From assembly GCF_037042905.1 (NCBI RefSeq), contig NC_087245.1, positions 16,308,001 through 16,368,000 on the forward strand: a stretch of DNA of 60,000 nucleotides, written 5' to 3'. Every line of letters begins with the position of its first letter. Positions within the stretch are counted from its first letter, which is position 1. This DNA comes from Lytechinus pictus. Its lineage: Eukaryota. This document shows positions 1-12,686 of this stretch, in pieces. The notes below the pieces were generated by a model that had not been told where the DNA came from, ran no database searches, and saw only the letters and a list, made by a program, of their open reading frames with translations. The translations under genes were made by a program, and so were the position numbers.

Positions 1-391
1 ATTCACAATATAATAAGTAACAATATTGCTTGAAATCATACCTTACGTATCATTTTACACATGTCACTCAAAGATTATCAGTTTACTGTAATATTACAAG
101 TTTGTCACATATTAGGCATCAAAGATAAGTTAATCAATAAACATTTGGGTATGCAAGATCATTATTGGCGAATTTACATTCTGAAAGAAGTTTCGAACCG
201 GCTCCCTTCCCATATATCAAACAATAGTGAAATCTTTAAGAAAAAAGAATGCCCAACGGAAATGTCCTCAGCAATCTTAATTATTCCTTAACTTAAAAGA
301 AACAAACCCTTAAAACTATAGACATTTGCATTATTGGCAATGTTTTTAACAATTGAAAAGCAAACAATTGATTTATAATACTACTTTACAG

Positions 392-584
392 TTTCCGTGA
401 TATACTTTTTAAGGATCTTACCAAAGCAGAAAGAACTCCGGAGTGCGATGAAAGTGAAGTATTCCTAGAGCAAAACACTAAACACACCCTTCAGAAAAGA
501 CCATATACTGCACAGATCTTCACTAGAATGGGGTTAGAAAGACTCGATATCGCAGTGACAAGAAAAACGCAGAGACTCAGCTGA
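392..584 (+). CDS. Possible last coding exon of an unidentified + strand gene (FRDILFKDLTKAERTPECDE...TQRLS*)
   Basis: ctttacag| acceptor then 63 open codons; no recognisable domain. Confidence 0.25.
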
Positions 585-3500
585 TAAAGCAAGCAAGGCA
601 CACAAGAACACTCCTGGTGAAATCACCAAGGCATTAAAGAAAGGGCATTGGCGACCCGTCCATCGATAAGGTCATACAAACGGAGGTGTGACGTCATTGC
701 ATGGGAAGCATGATGGCATTTTCCGGATACTGTATACAAACATCTCAGTGGGATCTCATTAATGCATCAATAATATTTAAATCAACACATCGATATATTT
801 CTAATACAAAAAGAATCATAATACCTTATAAATGCAATAAGCATGATTTAGCAAGGACATTAAGAAAGTTTTAGAAAAAATACGCATCTTCATTTTTTTT
901 TTGCTTTATATTCATCTTTCAATTTGTACAATTGTATTGATCTGTTCATCAAAAATGTAATGCCACAATGAAAAAAAATTAGTTTTACAAAGTCAAAATA
1001 ATTTTTTGATATGAAAGTAAAATAGCGTCGTTAATCAACAGTGCAATAAATTCATGACTAAAATAAAGACTTTGAAAGCTCTTTTCTCATTTTTGTTTTA
1101 TTCATTTCTCTTTAGCTATAAAACTGCAGGTGAGTTCTACTTTGGTCCTTGGGATTCTATTCCTGACACATGACTTGGATTCCTGTGGTTTTTATTCTTC
1201 ACGATTTAGTACGAGTTATTTCGGATACCTAATCTGGTGTTTCCGAGTTTGGAAGATACTTGCTTACGTCACTGAAAATGGTATGAGCCCTCATAATAGA
1301 GCCTTGCACCACGCGTCAACAAGCTCCAAGGGACCAGTATCTTAAAACGAGTAGGGGCATAACAAGGCCTCTAATAGGTTCGTCTGGAAGGGGTGAGTTA
1401 TATATTCATTTTTATCTCTTAAATTTGATAATAATATGTGCACTCCAGGAGCGGATCTAGCTTTTTGCTAAAGGGGGGGGGGGGGTGGGGGCTGATTTCT
1501 CGGTTGTACTGTGTGTTGCCCAAGTTTATATCACCATTAGTGAAAATTAAGCCTACAATACGTTGCCAAGTGGTATTGTTTTATGATAATCTTCAATAGT
1601 TAGAAACTAAGAAACTGCTTGTTTTTTATTTCATTAATTTTTTTTTAACTTAAACACACATTCATCCGAATATTGATGTTTTAAGAATGATCTATACGTA
1701 TGTCAAAGTGACCATGGTGACAGCATTATATTCAGGAAACTAATTTGCTCGGGAACGATAAACTATGCTGATATTGTTTTAGTTTTGATTGTAGGCTAAA
1801 CGAATTATCTTGAAGAATACTAGTTCTAATTAAATACGAAAAGAAAATGTTTTCGATCGCAACATCATATATATATATGAAAAATACAGCAAGGTCAAAT
1901 GTACCAACATCGGATATAGATTTATAAGGAAAATGGCGATACTAAAAAGTTGTAATGAATAATTTGCTTTTAGCTAATTATGGAGATTGAGATGGGCATT
2001 ACAATGCGATAAATGTTTGAACCATGTTTTGAAAAGGTGTTGATAACTTCATGGAATGTGTATTATTGCTAAAATGATTGATAAAGATTGAATATGTTAA
2101 AGTATAATAATCGTATTGATCAAAATGAAGAACCACTAATATGAAGGTTTTATCTACAAATGACTAACTACTGCCATTAGAGAAATGGCATACTGGGATC
2201 GATGACCCTCTTTCATTTTCACAAAGGTAAAACAAAATCTGAAAATCTTTGCATTGTATTTACACACACTATAATTGGAATAAATGATGATGATAAAAAT
2301 ATTTCCTCAATTCCATCTACTACCCTATCCATCCACCCCCCCCCCCAAAAAAAAAAAACAATAAATTGAAAAAGGAAAAAAAAATAAAACGAGGGACAAA
2401 CTCGGTATACGTAATCTTTGGAAGTAAGAAGGAAATGTCGACATAATGCCTGCACGTAAGTCGCCGATATGAATAGGAACGTAAATAAAAATAAAATTGC
2501 AAATTGCAAAACATTTAAATACAAAGCGATGAGCAGGTTAAATTACATATGGGAAGTTTGTCAACAAAACCCTAGGTAAAAATTTAAATAGAGAGGTATA
2601 GATATAATAACTGTAATAAAACCAAGTTGTTGATATAATGAAAACTTTAAATGAAACATCAAATCACTAATTACAAGGCGATATAAAATCGCAAATGGTA
2701 TTACATAACAATATCAGTATATGAAACAAAATTAAACTTCGTTAGTAAAAAAAATGTAATCTTTAATGATGAAGCTGGTGTAAAATGAAATAGCGTTGGT
2801 TTAACAAAGGTTACATGTATGGTGAGATGATAAATGAAAAGCTCAAATTACACCCATATTAAATTTCAAAGCGATTGAAAATAGAATATGACGTTACATA
2901 TGGGAAATCAGTCTCAGTAAAAAAATATATATTTCTCGAAATATATACCATCGAAGAACTGATAGAGAACACTTTCTATAGGCGATTAAGGAGGACATAA
3001 TGATTAAGAAAAAATAATCATTAATGTTCATCGAAAATTAAAGAAAAATTAACCTAGGTGAAAACATTATACCGAGTGGGTCTGTACATTATTATATTAT
3101 AGAAGATAGCGGAAAGAGATGAAAAGTGTCTAGAGCTTCGGAATGAAACAGTCGTATAATTAAAAAAAATGTTTTGTTTTGTTGATGTATATACAAAAGA
3201 AAATTCTAGAGAAGAAAACAAATCAACAATAAGAGAGGATCAATGTTAGAAAGACATTGCTTGGAGTTTGATTCTGAACTAGCCTAGATTTTGTCTACAT
3301 ATAGTTGACGTTCTAACCAAGTAGATATATGGTTTCTCTTGCTTGACATTCTTCGAATTCCAAATACAGACAGGAAAAGCGAAGAAACGTCCGACCCGAC
3401 ATTACACGCTCCTGACTCTCCATCCATTTTGGTTTTCGAGTTTAAAGCCCCCATTTCTAAAATTCACTTGACGAAAATCTCCCAGCAAAAAGAACTTAAC

Positions 3501-3685
3501 TCAATAATTTGAAATATAATAATGAAATCTTTGAAGGAAAAAATACGATTTTTGGCTTACCAGAAAAGAAGAAAAGGATGCAGTTGAAAGTGTTGGGCTT
3601 TTGCCGAAGATACTTCCCCACGCCTGAACTGAACGGAGTTCCCTTTCTCGCGTACGTCCTGATAGAGACACAGAGAAATCTTACG

Positions 3686-3740
3686 ATCCCATAATGCTTT
3701 GCGAGCGCTGGGGTCGATGGGAGGAGCTAAATAAAATGGC
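3686..3740 (+). promoter_or_regulatory. Promoter-like motif pair: ZNF143/Staf SBS-like ATCCCATAATGCTTTGCG and YY1-like AAAATGGC
   Basis: Close match to the SBS consensus (YYCCCA.AATGC.TTGCG) within a CpG-richer patch. Confidence 0.45.
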
Positions 3741-5824
3741 AGGCTGCATAGGCCCGTATGTATCGCCTATAGAAAAAGTGTTTGCGTGTGTGTAAAGGAA
3801 TGGAGAGGTTTAGAGGGAGCTTGTTTCCCCTATACCAGCCCGATGAAAGGAAGCTTATACCTTAATCGCTGCTCGCTCAAGAAACTATGTGCTAAAGCTA
3901 ACCCACTCTCGTTTAACACAAATTCAAAGTTGAAGGATGTTTCAATTTCAGTCATTTTCCAGACTTAGTAATCTTTGGATTCTGTTTGTGCTTGATCCAT
4001 AGGTAATTTATTGCATTCTTTTACTCAGAAATCACATTTGGATTTCAAAATGATAGAGAACATGTTGCTTATCGACAGAGATGAATTTGATTAAAAGTAT
4101 CTCGGACATGATGCACCCCCCCCCCCCTCCAAAGGAAAAAAAGAAACATATTCACTAAATTTCATATATTTCATTCGTAGCGATAAAATTTGGGTATGAG
4201 ATTAAATAATCATTTTCAATTAATGTGATATATGTTTATTATGAATGAAAGAGAGCTTGTACTTGTTTTTTCCCCTCGAGTATTCATTCCATCGCGGCGT
4301 GTTTGCGATATATTACACTGGTCTGTGGCGCCCAAAGGCTCGGTCACATCACAAACAGCGCACTGGCGAAGACGATCCCTGAATATTGGAATGCCGGGAA
4401 TTCATCGCCATGTATGGTAATGAGCAGGATCACTTCCAACAAATCACGTGCGCTCCCTACTAGAAGGGGCGCGAGTGCGGTCTGCTGTCAACGGGGGTCG
4501 CCGTCATATCGTTCGGACTGCAAGCGGGTGTTCGGTTTTGTCATCCGATTCGGATACTTGACCGGAGAGATACGGGGTCATTGTGATGTCATATCATCAC
4601 ATTCATTCACTCTGACCCTTACATCCATTCCATTGACTTTTTGTTTGGATAGAAACCAATAAGGCCTACATTGTCACAGACTATCGATTTACAAACGAGG
4701 CAAGACAGTAAGAAGGAATATCATTACTCTAACCATTATTGTTACTCTAATTGCCATTATTATTGTTATCATTTTCATCGTCATTATAATACGTTTGAAC
4801 ATTATCATTGTTGTTGTTATTAATATCAATAATTTTATTATTATTGTTATTATTATTATTGTTGTTGTTGTTGTTTCATTATTAATATTATTAGCATAGG
4901 TGATAGTATTTCATCAATAAAATGTAGCTTATTTCATATCATTCTAAGATACCAAGACTTGAAGAAACACTTGTAATCAATTCGAGGTCTGTGGTATTCT
5001 TTATTCTAATCATTATAATGATATCAAGTATTCTGTATATTAATTTACCATTGATATTTAGTGTTACTAATATTATTGTATTACCATTATATTTTCTAAT
5101 GTTTTATTATTATTCTTATTATTTTTATTATTATTATTATTATTATCATTATTATTATTATTGGATTGCATAAAAATAAAAAATACACGTAGCCTTTTTC
5201 AAATCATTCGTAGATGTGAACTGTGACTGATCTCTTTGTTGCGGACCAAGTTGAGGTGTATTTCTGTAGCACTTTTTTACGGACTGCAATTTACTAATTG
5301 TTAGTTATCATGGTTATCGACATGACAAGCAAATCCACTAATCCAGAATAATCTTTTGCGAACAACAAACAAGTTTTAAATGTGCACAGTGTTATAAACC
5401 AATCTATAGGCTAAATTCATATTTCGTTTAATCACCTCAGAACCTATTCGTATGAACACTTTGAAAAATGATGAAAAAGGGTATTTGAAACTTGAAAATA
5501 TGGTGAGAAAAAAATATGCACAAGTATAAAACCATCAGTAATCCCCTAAAACCACACATTTTTATTTCTAAATAATGGAGCTCCCGCTTCTCTTCTCCTC
5601 ATATTTCTCTATCTCTCTCCCTCTGTCACTCGCTATTTCTCTATATACCTCTCTCTGCATCTTTCTCTTCCCATTTGTTTTCCATTTTTTTTCTCTATTA
5701 TATCTTCTTATTGCTTCTTTCAAATATTCACGAAATCATAACTACGATGTCCACCAGATTTTCAACTTCAAAGTCGAAATGAAATCTTTCCTTTGATTAG
5801 CTTCTCTCCTACCTTGTTTATATA

Positions 5825-6643
5825 CAGTGCGTCCCACAAAAAACGAATCCGAGATTTATCGATGATTTATCATAACTTAATCACAAATACAATAAGCAAA
5901 TGACCTACCATTGTAAAGCTTAGAATCTCCTCTTTCATTTGGAATTACTTAGATTATTCCTCATTCACGCATGAGTGAGCAAAGACAATTTGAAGAGGGG
6001 ATATCAAAAAGTCAATTGGCGGGCTGTATCTGGGTTTCAAAAAGAAAAACAAACTTTTAAAAAGTTCAGTATCTGCTCTTTAATTTGATACCTCAATTAC
6101 AGAAAATGGTCAAAAAATAACAAAGTTCTGGTTATTTGAAATAAGGCTTGAATTTCAATAATTTCATAAAATGAAGAGGTTTTACAGGCCAGCGTTCAAA
6201 CTCACTCGACACTCCGTTTTGTTGACGATCAGCCATGCATTAAGTCTTTTGTTAACCATGCGATACCTTCTGTGGGAAACCGGTGAAAACGCGTTTATTT
6301 AATGAAATTAAGGAAATACAAGCATTGTTTCGAGGGAACATATCTTTTTTACTTCTTGACCATTTTTCGTGATTAAGGTATCAAATAAAAGAGCAGATAT
6401 TGAACTTTTTAGGCATGTGATTTTCTTTTTAAAATTCAGATACCCCCGCCAAATGACTTTTTGATATCCCCTCTTCAAATTGTTTTTGCTCACTCATGCA
6501 TGAATGAGGAATAATCTCAGTAATATCAGATGAAAGAGGAGATTCTAAGCTTTACATTGGTAGGTCATTTGTCTATTGTATTTGAGATTAAGTTATGATA
6601 AATCATCGCTTCATCTCGGTTTCGTTTTTTCTGGGACGCACTG
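5825..6643. mobile_element. Tc1/mariner-type non-autonomous fold-back element (MITE)
   Basis: CAGTGCGTCCCA...TGGGACGCACTG ends, about 330-bp imperfect inverted arms, TA on both sides. Confidence 0.9.
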
Positions 6644-9442
6644 TATACATTCTTCAACATTTGACATATCAATTCTACCTCTTCTCCTAAAATCTCCGAA
6701 AGGTCGTGTATGCAAAATTGATAAATCCTTTGATTTCTCTCAAAAGCTGTTTAAAACACATTGCACTATTTTATTTTTATTTGCTTTTTCTGATAAAATT
6801 CAAATTCAATATATGATAATTCAAATAATACTTTTAGCTTTATTTTTCATCTTTGAAGAAAAAAAAAACAATTTTGAAATTACGTCATTTAGCTGGATTC
6901 CTCATTCCCTCTCCTCCCCTCGCTCGATCCCTTCTACATCTACCTCTTTCACGCTCTTTCACCCCCCTCACTTTCTTTCTCTCTCCCCTCCCCATTTACT
7001 TACAGTTCTCTTTAAATTTCCTTCTATATATTCCTTTAACCTAACCTCGTTCCCCTCTCTCATTCCTTCTTTAAACTTGTTCAAACACCTCTCCAGTCAT
7101 CCTACCCACCTAATTATTCTCCTTTTTTACTCGATATACACAAAGACCACATGTATTTCGCACGTCTCCGTTTATTTATCAACACCCCCTCCACACACAC
7201 ACACACATACCCTCTCACCCACCCACATACACTTACATACAGGTTTCATCATGGGACTAAGAGGGCTGTGTCCCCTTTCAGAGACCCTTTTGGGGGGAGG
7301 GGAAGTGGGGCATCATTGGACCCAACCCTGCATATACACACCCACACATCCCTATGCAAATGCAGAAACATACACTCACCCACACACATTTCAATCTGCC
7401 GTTCATCAACACCAAATTCGTCGCTATTCTTCCTTATCCTGCAACTCGATACCATTAGATATCCACGCTCACCCACTCCCACAATTCAATTTCTCTCACT
7501 CTGCTTAAAATGGACACTTTCTTATTTATACAAATCCACTCATTCTTCTTTTCTCTTTCTTACTTGACGCCTCTCTATCTCTATATCTCTCTAGATAATA
7601 CAATCTTAAAATCCAGCATGACTTAAAACTCCCACTCACACACGAACACATACCCACTATTCTACAGAATTACTTACAACAAAGTCAAGGCCACTATATA
7701 TGTTTTTTTTAGAGTATGAAAAGCACAAAATGTATATACATAAATGACGCATGGTCTGTTTATTAAGTAGTGAAGAGAACTATCTAACCGTTGCTGCATG
7801 GGACACAGACATTGGAATATTGTTTTGTTGTCTTCCTTTGTGTCTAACACAAAATTGTGATATGACAAACACAATCATATAACTATTCAAGTGGCTTTCA
7901 TAACTGTACGTTTTAGTTTTCTTCTCTCCACCCAATGGGTACAAAATTTGTCATATCTACTTTTCAGTAACTAAGCCAAATTAATCCATGAGTAGATAAT
8001 AATTCTTTGCGATATATCCATTTCGTATGTACTAATAATGTGCACTAACACAGCGATCACCTAATATTAACAAGGAAATTGAAATATTACTTTATGATAA
8101 GTATGTTAAATGATAACAAACTTTGTTCAGTAAAAGTGAAAATTGCAAGTGCTAGAGCTTGAATTGCGCCTTGGGAAACAGGTATAAAGTTGCTAGGCAC
8201 ATAGAACATATCACATGAATTGAAAAGAAATAATAATGTTGATAATGATCAGGCAGTTTTGCTGGTATTTTCGATAACTACGATAGTGTGTCTGAACCGG
8301 ATATCGATAGTACCCTTCTAATTGTTGCAATAATCATCCATTGCATTTGACAGGAAAAATATATATAACTGACACATAAATAATATTTCTCTCTCGAAGT
8401 GTGATATGTCGCTGTAATGGCATGTCTTTGTAAAACATAATTTGTAAATTATCATTGTAGTTGGCAATTTGCAGTTATTAATGCTTATCAATTTGAAGCA
8501 TAATGAACAATGTATTTTTTATCTATGCGTTTACATAACGTACCTCTTACATTAGACCATCCCTATGCTTAGGAATTAAGAAGATACAATATACAGATTT
8601 ACATGAGACACGTCATATAGCAAACAGTGATTTTCAATTTGCACACACTACGACAATTTGCTGTAAACATCGAATAGAAATATTCATAAAACAGTAACAA
8701 ATATACGATATAGCTGAGTCATGTCTTGTTTTCTGAGATCCTGAATTTTCTGGAAGACTTTCTTAGCATTTGATTCCCTTTTTTTCCTTTTTTACACCCC
8801 AGTAGAAAAGTTGATAATATACATCTTTTCCAATTCCCAGTAAATGTGCCTTATTTTCATTTCTTTTGTACAAAAAATTCCAGAAACACTAAAAACCACA
8901 GCTTTTCGAATCCTCATATATTTTTTCAAGGTTTATAATAAAGCCTTTGAATGTCAAAGTGCAAAAAGCGTTATACATATTCATACTCAGCCCCAATAAA
9001 TAACAATTGTAATAAAACAAAATAAAAGACGATTCTCGTATGAATGTAGAAATCACGTTCGATTTTTTTTAAAACAAACAATATCTTTGTTTCGAAAATT
9101 AATCTTATCCCTCACCTTAACATCGATTGCACGACTAAACCATATTTTTTTGCCTAAAATAGTTAGAAAAATCCACCCTTTTGTTGTATTAATTTTACGA
9201 CTTGGGCTTCCACTTTGAGATGTTATTATTGGCAAGTTTGTGGAGCGACTCAAGTAGAACGGAATATGTGTTCTTATTTGGAATATTGCCGCTGAAACCA
9301 GTCCTTTTAACGTTACTATTGTAACATAAGAGAACTGCATACCATTCAAAGTGAAAATCAAGTCAGGCCCATGTTGGCGCAGAAAAAGGGGTGCCTATTA
9401 AGATTGAATGATTGCATTAACTTAATGATACTAAAACTTAAA

Positions 9443-9816
9443 TTAGGCTTTGTGCTCCTTCTTCTTGATTAGATTACGAGCGGTTTCTGGAAGAGGCTCG
9501 ATTACAACATCGCCTTCGACTCTTGTTTCCCCTCCTTTTTTGTCCGTGGCAATGCAAATATATTTTCCGTCATCGGCCATGACAAGCTCTTGAAAGACGA
9601 TGGCGTAGGTACCAGCCTCCGGTGAGTCTTCCTGCGAGACACGGACGCCGTCAAACTTGATATCAACCTCGTCTCCATATTCGCCTTCGTCGTCAGCTGT
9701 GCAGTGCTTCCACTTGATGCTGGCTAGGTCTGCGGGGTTGTCAATCTCGACTTCCAACCTCTCACCGCTGGCTTCCAGCACTTGCGTGGTCTCGGGAAGG
9801 GCCTTGGAAAACAGCA
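9443..9816 (-). CDS. Acidic single I-set Ig-domain protein (telokin-like, 126 aa with exon 1), terminal exon
   Basis: ttctttatacacag|TG acceptor; LFSKAL start, IKWKH Trp and DDGKYICIA motif; GC-rich coding-like composition; TAA at 9445-9443; no signal peptide or TM segment. Confidence 0.88.
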
Positions 9817-12333
9817 CTGTGTATAAAGAAAATAAATGCAATGGAATAAAACGACGATGAATCGCTAAATACAAAATTATTTCAAGTGAATTAGCGTCAT
9901 GGTTCTCTATGACTCTTCATGAATTCTATGAGATGAGATAAATCAGATGTGACCAACATAATGCCATATAATTTGGGTTATACAATGTAATGATTTGATG
10001 ACAATAAAAAAACATTAAAATGTCTCGGATCATAGTAGTATTTATTGTCAAATATTGTGAATGTTGTCAAGAGTAGAAGGAAATTGCTGTCCCATTGCAG
10101 TTTGTAACTATTATGAAACTACAAATAGAAATGTTGCATTCTGAATAAGGATCACGGTCCATTTAAGGTAGTTTGGGTCCTCAGATGGCGCTCTTCAAAT
10201 TAGCTGTGTTATGGGACCTTTAAAGATCATTCCGGGAGTCCCCTGTTTAACCCCGAAATATTTTGCTTTCTTAATTACCGGGGTCATTAAACGTACGTTA
10301 TCCGATTTAGAATTCGCCATGTGCCTCATCTATACCTATTGGGCCGGATTCCAAGATTCCAATGAACATTTTAATACGGTTTCTTGAAAACTATGAATTG
10401 CAGAGATTTAAATAATAATAATAATAGATAACATTTATAAGGTGCTTACTATTGGTGTTCCTAAGCGCTCTTTGTTCTGTTTCAAAGTAACTAGGGACCA
10501 ACCGAATTCTGAATTTAGTTTGAATTAAAAAAATAAAAATAAATCTCGAGGGATTCGATATTAAATCTTTTGAGATTAAAAAAAGAATCTTAGGGATTCA
10601 AACTAATTCATAATTCCATTGGTCCCTAACTACACTTGTTTTTATATTTAATCCCTGAAATTTAGAATGTGTTTATCTTACACTAAAGCACCTTCAAATA
10701 ATCGATGTCCTTTTGAAAACGACGAGATTAAATCTAATATTTGGGGGATGTTTTAATGTAATTATATAACTTAATACGTAATGAAAAACAGTGCTTCTAC
10801 TATTACGAATTCTGCAATTTCATGCGAAAGAATGCAAAGAAAAACTAAACATAGTACATGAGATACTCGACGATTTCGAATAGGTGATGCCACAAGTTAA
10901 AACAACATTGAATTTAAAAAAAAATGATCAATTCCGGCATTCAACCAAAGCACTGTCACATGAGGGACGATCTCCAAATAAAAGAGAGGATTCTTTTATA
11001 TATAACGAACTGAATTAAGATATACAAATGGACGGCAATGATACAAAAAGAAAACAATACGACAACTATATGCCAATCAATATTCCATTAAATTGACGAT
11101 TACTTCCATAATCGCATTTAATAAAGTGTATATAAAAAAATTAATGTATGTTCAACAATTAACTACCAATAGGATTTAATTATAATAATTAAAAAATGAT
11201 TCCATGAAAAAAAATATATTTCCAATTTAACAAATTAGCAATCGTAATCAATGTAGATATTAACTTCGGAAAAAAATCGCAATTCTAAAGAAGGGGAGTT
11301 TCGAAAAAAAGAGCATAAATGAATAATGATATTATTATTGTTTTTAATATTCATAACCACACGAATTTCATATGCGAAATTTGAAGAAAAAAAATAGAAA
11401 ACATATATATTTTGTTTATGTTTCTACAACTTTTTCCGGAATTGGGGTTTAAAAAAGTCAACGCTTGTATAACTACATAGTATTAATGGTTTATTTGAAT
11501 TAAATTGAATTTTCAGATTAAATGAATGTTAAAAGGTGTAAGGATACAAAAGAAGTAAACAACAAAGCCAAAGGAACAAAGATTGATTTCGTATTCAAAT
11601 TCTTCGAGGTAGAAGGAAACAGCAAGATGTATAACTATTTTTTTCTTTCTAGAAATGAAACCAAATAATAATCATCTTGGTAAATTATTCTATAAGACGT
11701 GTAGCATACCCAAAATTTAATCAATAATTTGAAAGAGAGTAGAGTTCAGTCTGTGAAACGTTCTACTCGAAAAGTGAAAGAAAGGACATACTAAAGATTT
11801 TAAAATATTGAAATCAAGGGATCGGAAAAATATTAACGTAATCAAAATGTATATATCACTTCCGGTAAAAAACGGTTTTGCTTATGGGGACGCCAACGCA
11901 AAATGGCGTTCTATTCACCACAATGCCATCACAGGTCGTTGTACTATGACCTTTGACCCCATATACGGAATATTCCAGAACTAGTATCCATATACTACTA
12001 CTACGCAGTGAATGAATACCAATTCGTTCATTAGACAATATTAGTTTATACATAAAAAGAAGTTAGATTACAACATTCCTTCAAATAATGCGTCGTAAAA
12101 TCGCGCTATTATGATTATAGATGATTGGATGAAATGTGTATGAATGTTTTTATTAAATTCCAACTTAATGATGGGGTGATAAAGATCGATATATATCCAT
12201 AACATATACTATGCAGTTAAATTAAGTAAGATAATACAGTAAAAAGGGGTGATTGCTATCTAAAAAACAGCTAACAGGATTTATGGCGTCTAAATTACTA
12301 CATTTGGGAAATGCAATCAGAGAAAATCATCCG

Positions 12334-12414
12334 CATTCCACTATTGCTCACATGCAATGTTACAAGGAGTCAAGAAATCAAGGCTGAGCCTCGTAGATCC
12401 ATAAAAGGCATTCC
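12334..12414. promoter_or_regulatory. Candidate muscle enhancer: CArG box CCATAAAAGG (12399-12408) with MCAT/TEAD CATTCC sites (12334-12339, 12409-12414)
   Basis: Exact CC(A/T)6GG abutting CATTCC, about 270 bp into the intron after the start exon. Confidence 0.45.
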
Positions 12415-12679
12415 ATTCATTCGAGCTCACATCCCCCTATCCATTTGCTTTCTCCTCATAAAAAATCAAATCATTTAAGTTCCGAAAATCACAAAAATTC
12501 AGTTAGAAATTTCTTTGCATAGTGACAGCAGATCATTGAGATATCTTGCCAAGTAAAACTGAAGTATTGATAAACGTTTATATGCATCGGCTACGCGGTT
12601 TATCTATTTTGGACATGCAGACCTACGACATTGTGAACAAACTTTCAAACTTCAAATATAACAAAAAATATGAACTTAC

Positions 12680-12686
12680 CACTCAT
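12680..12686 (-). CDS. Start-codon micro-exon (ATG AGT G) of the single-Ig protein; whole exon 12711-12680
   Basis: tttttcgacag| acceptor, CAAAATG start context, G|gtaagt donor; phase 1 matches exon 9816. Confidence 0.75.

Noticed and set aside
6576..7567. 310-aa and 138-aa ORFs
   Set aside because: They cross a MITE end and degenerate CT/CA-rich low-complexity DNA; no domain or exon structure
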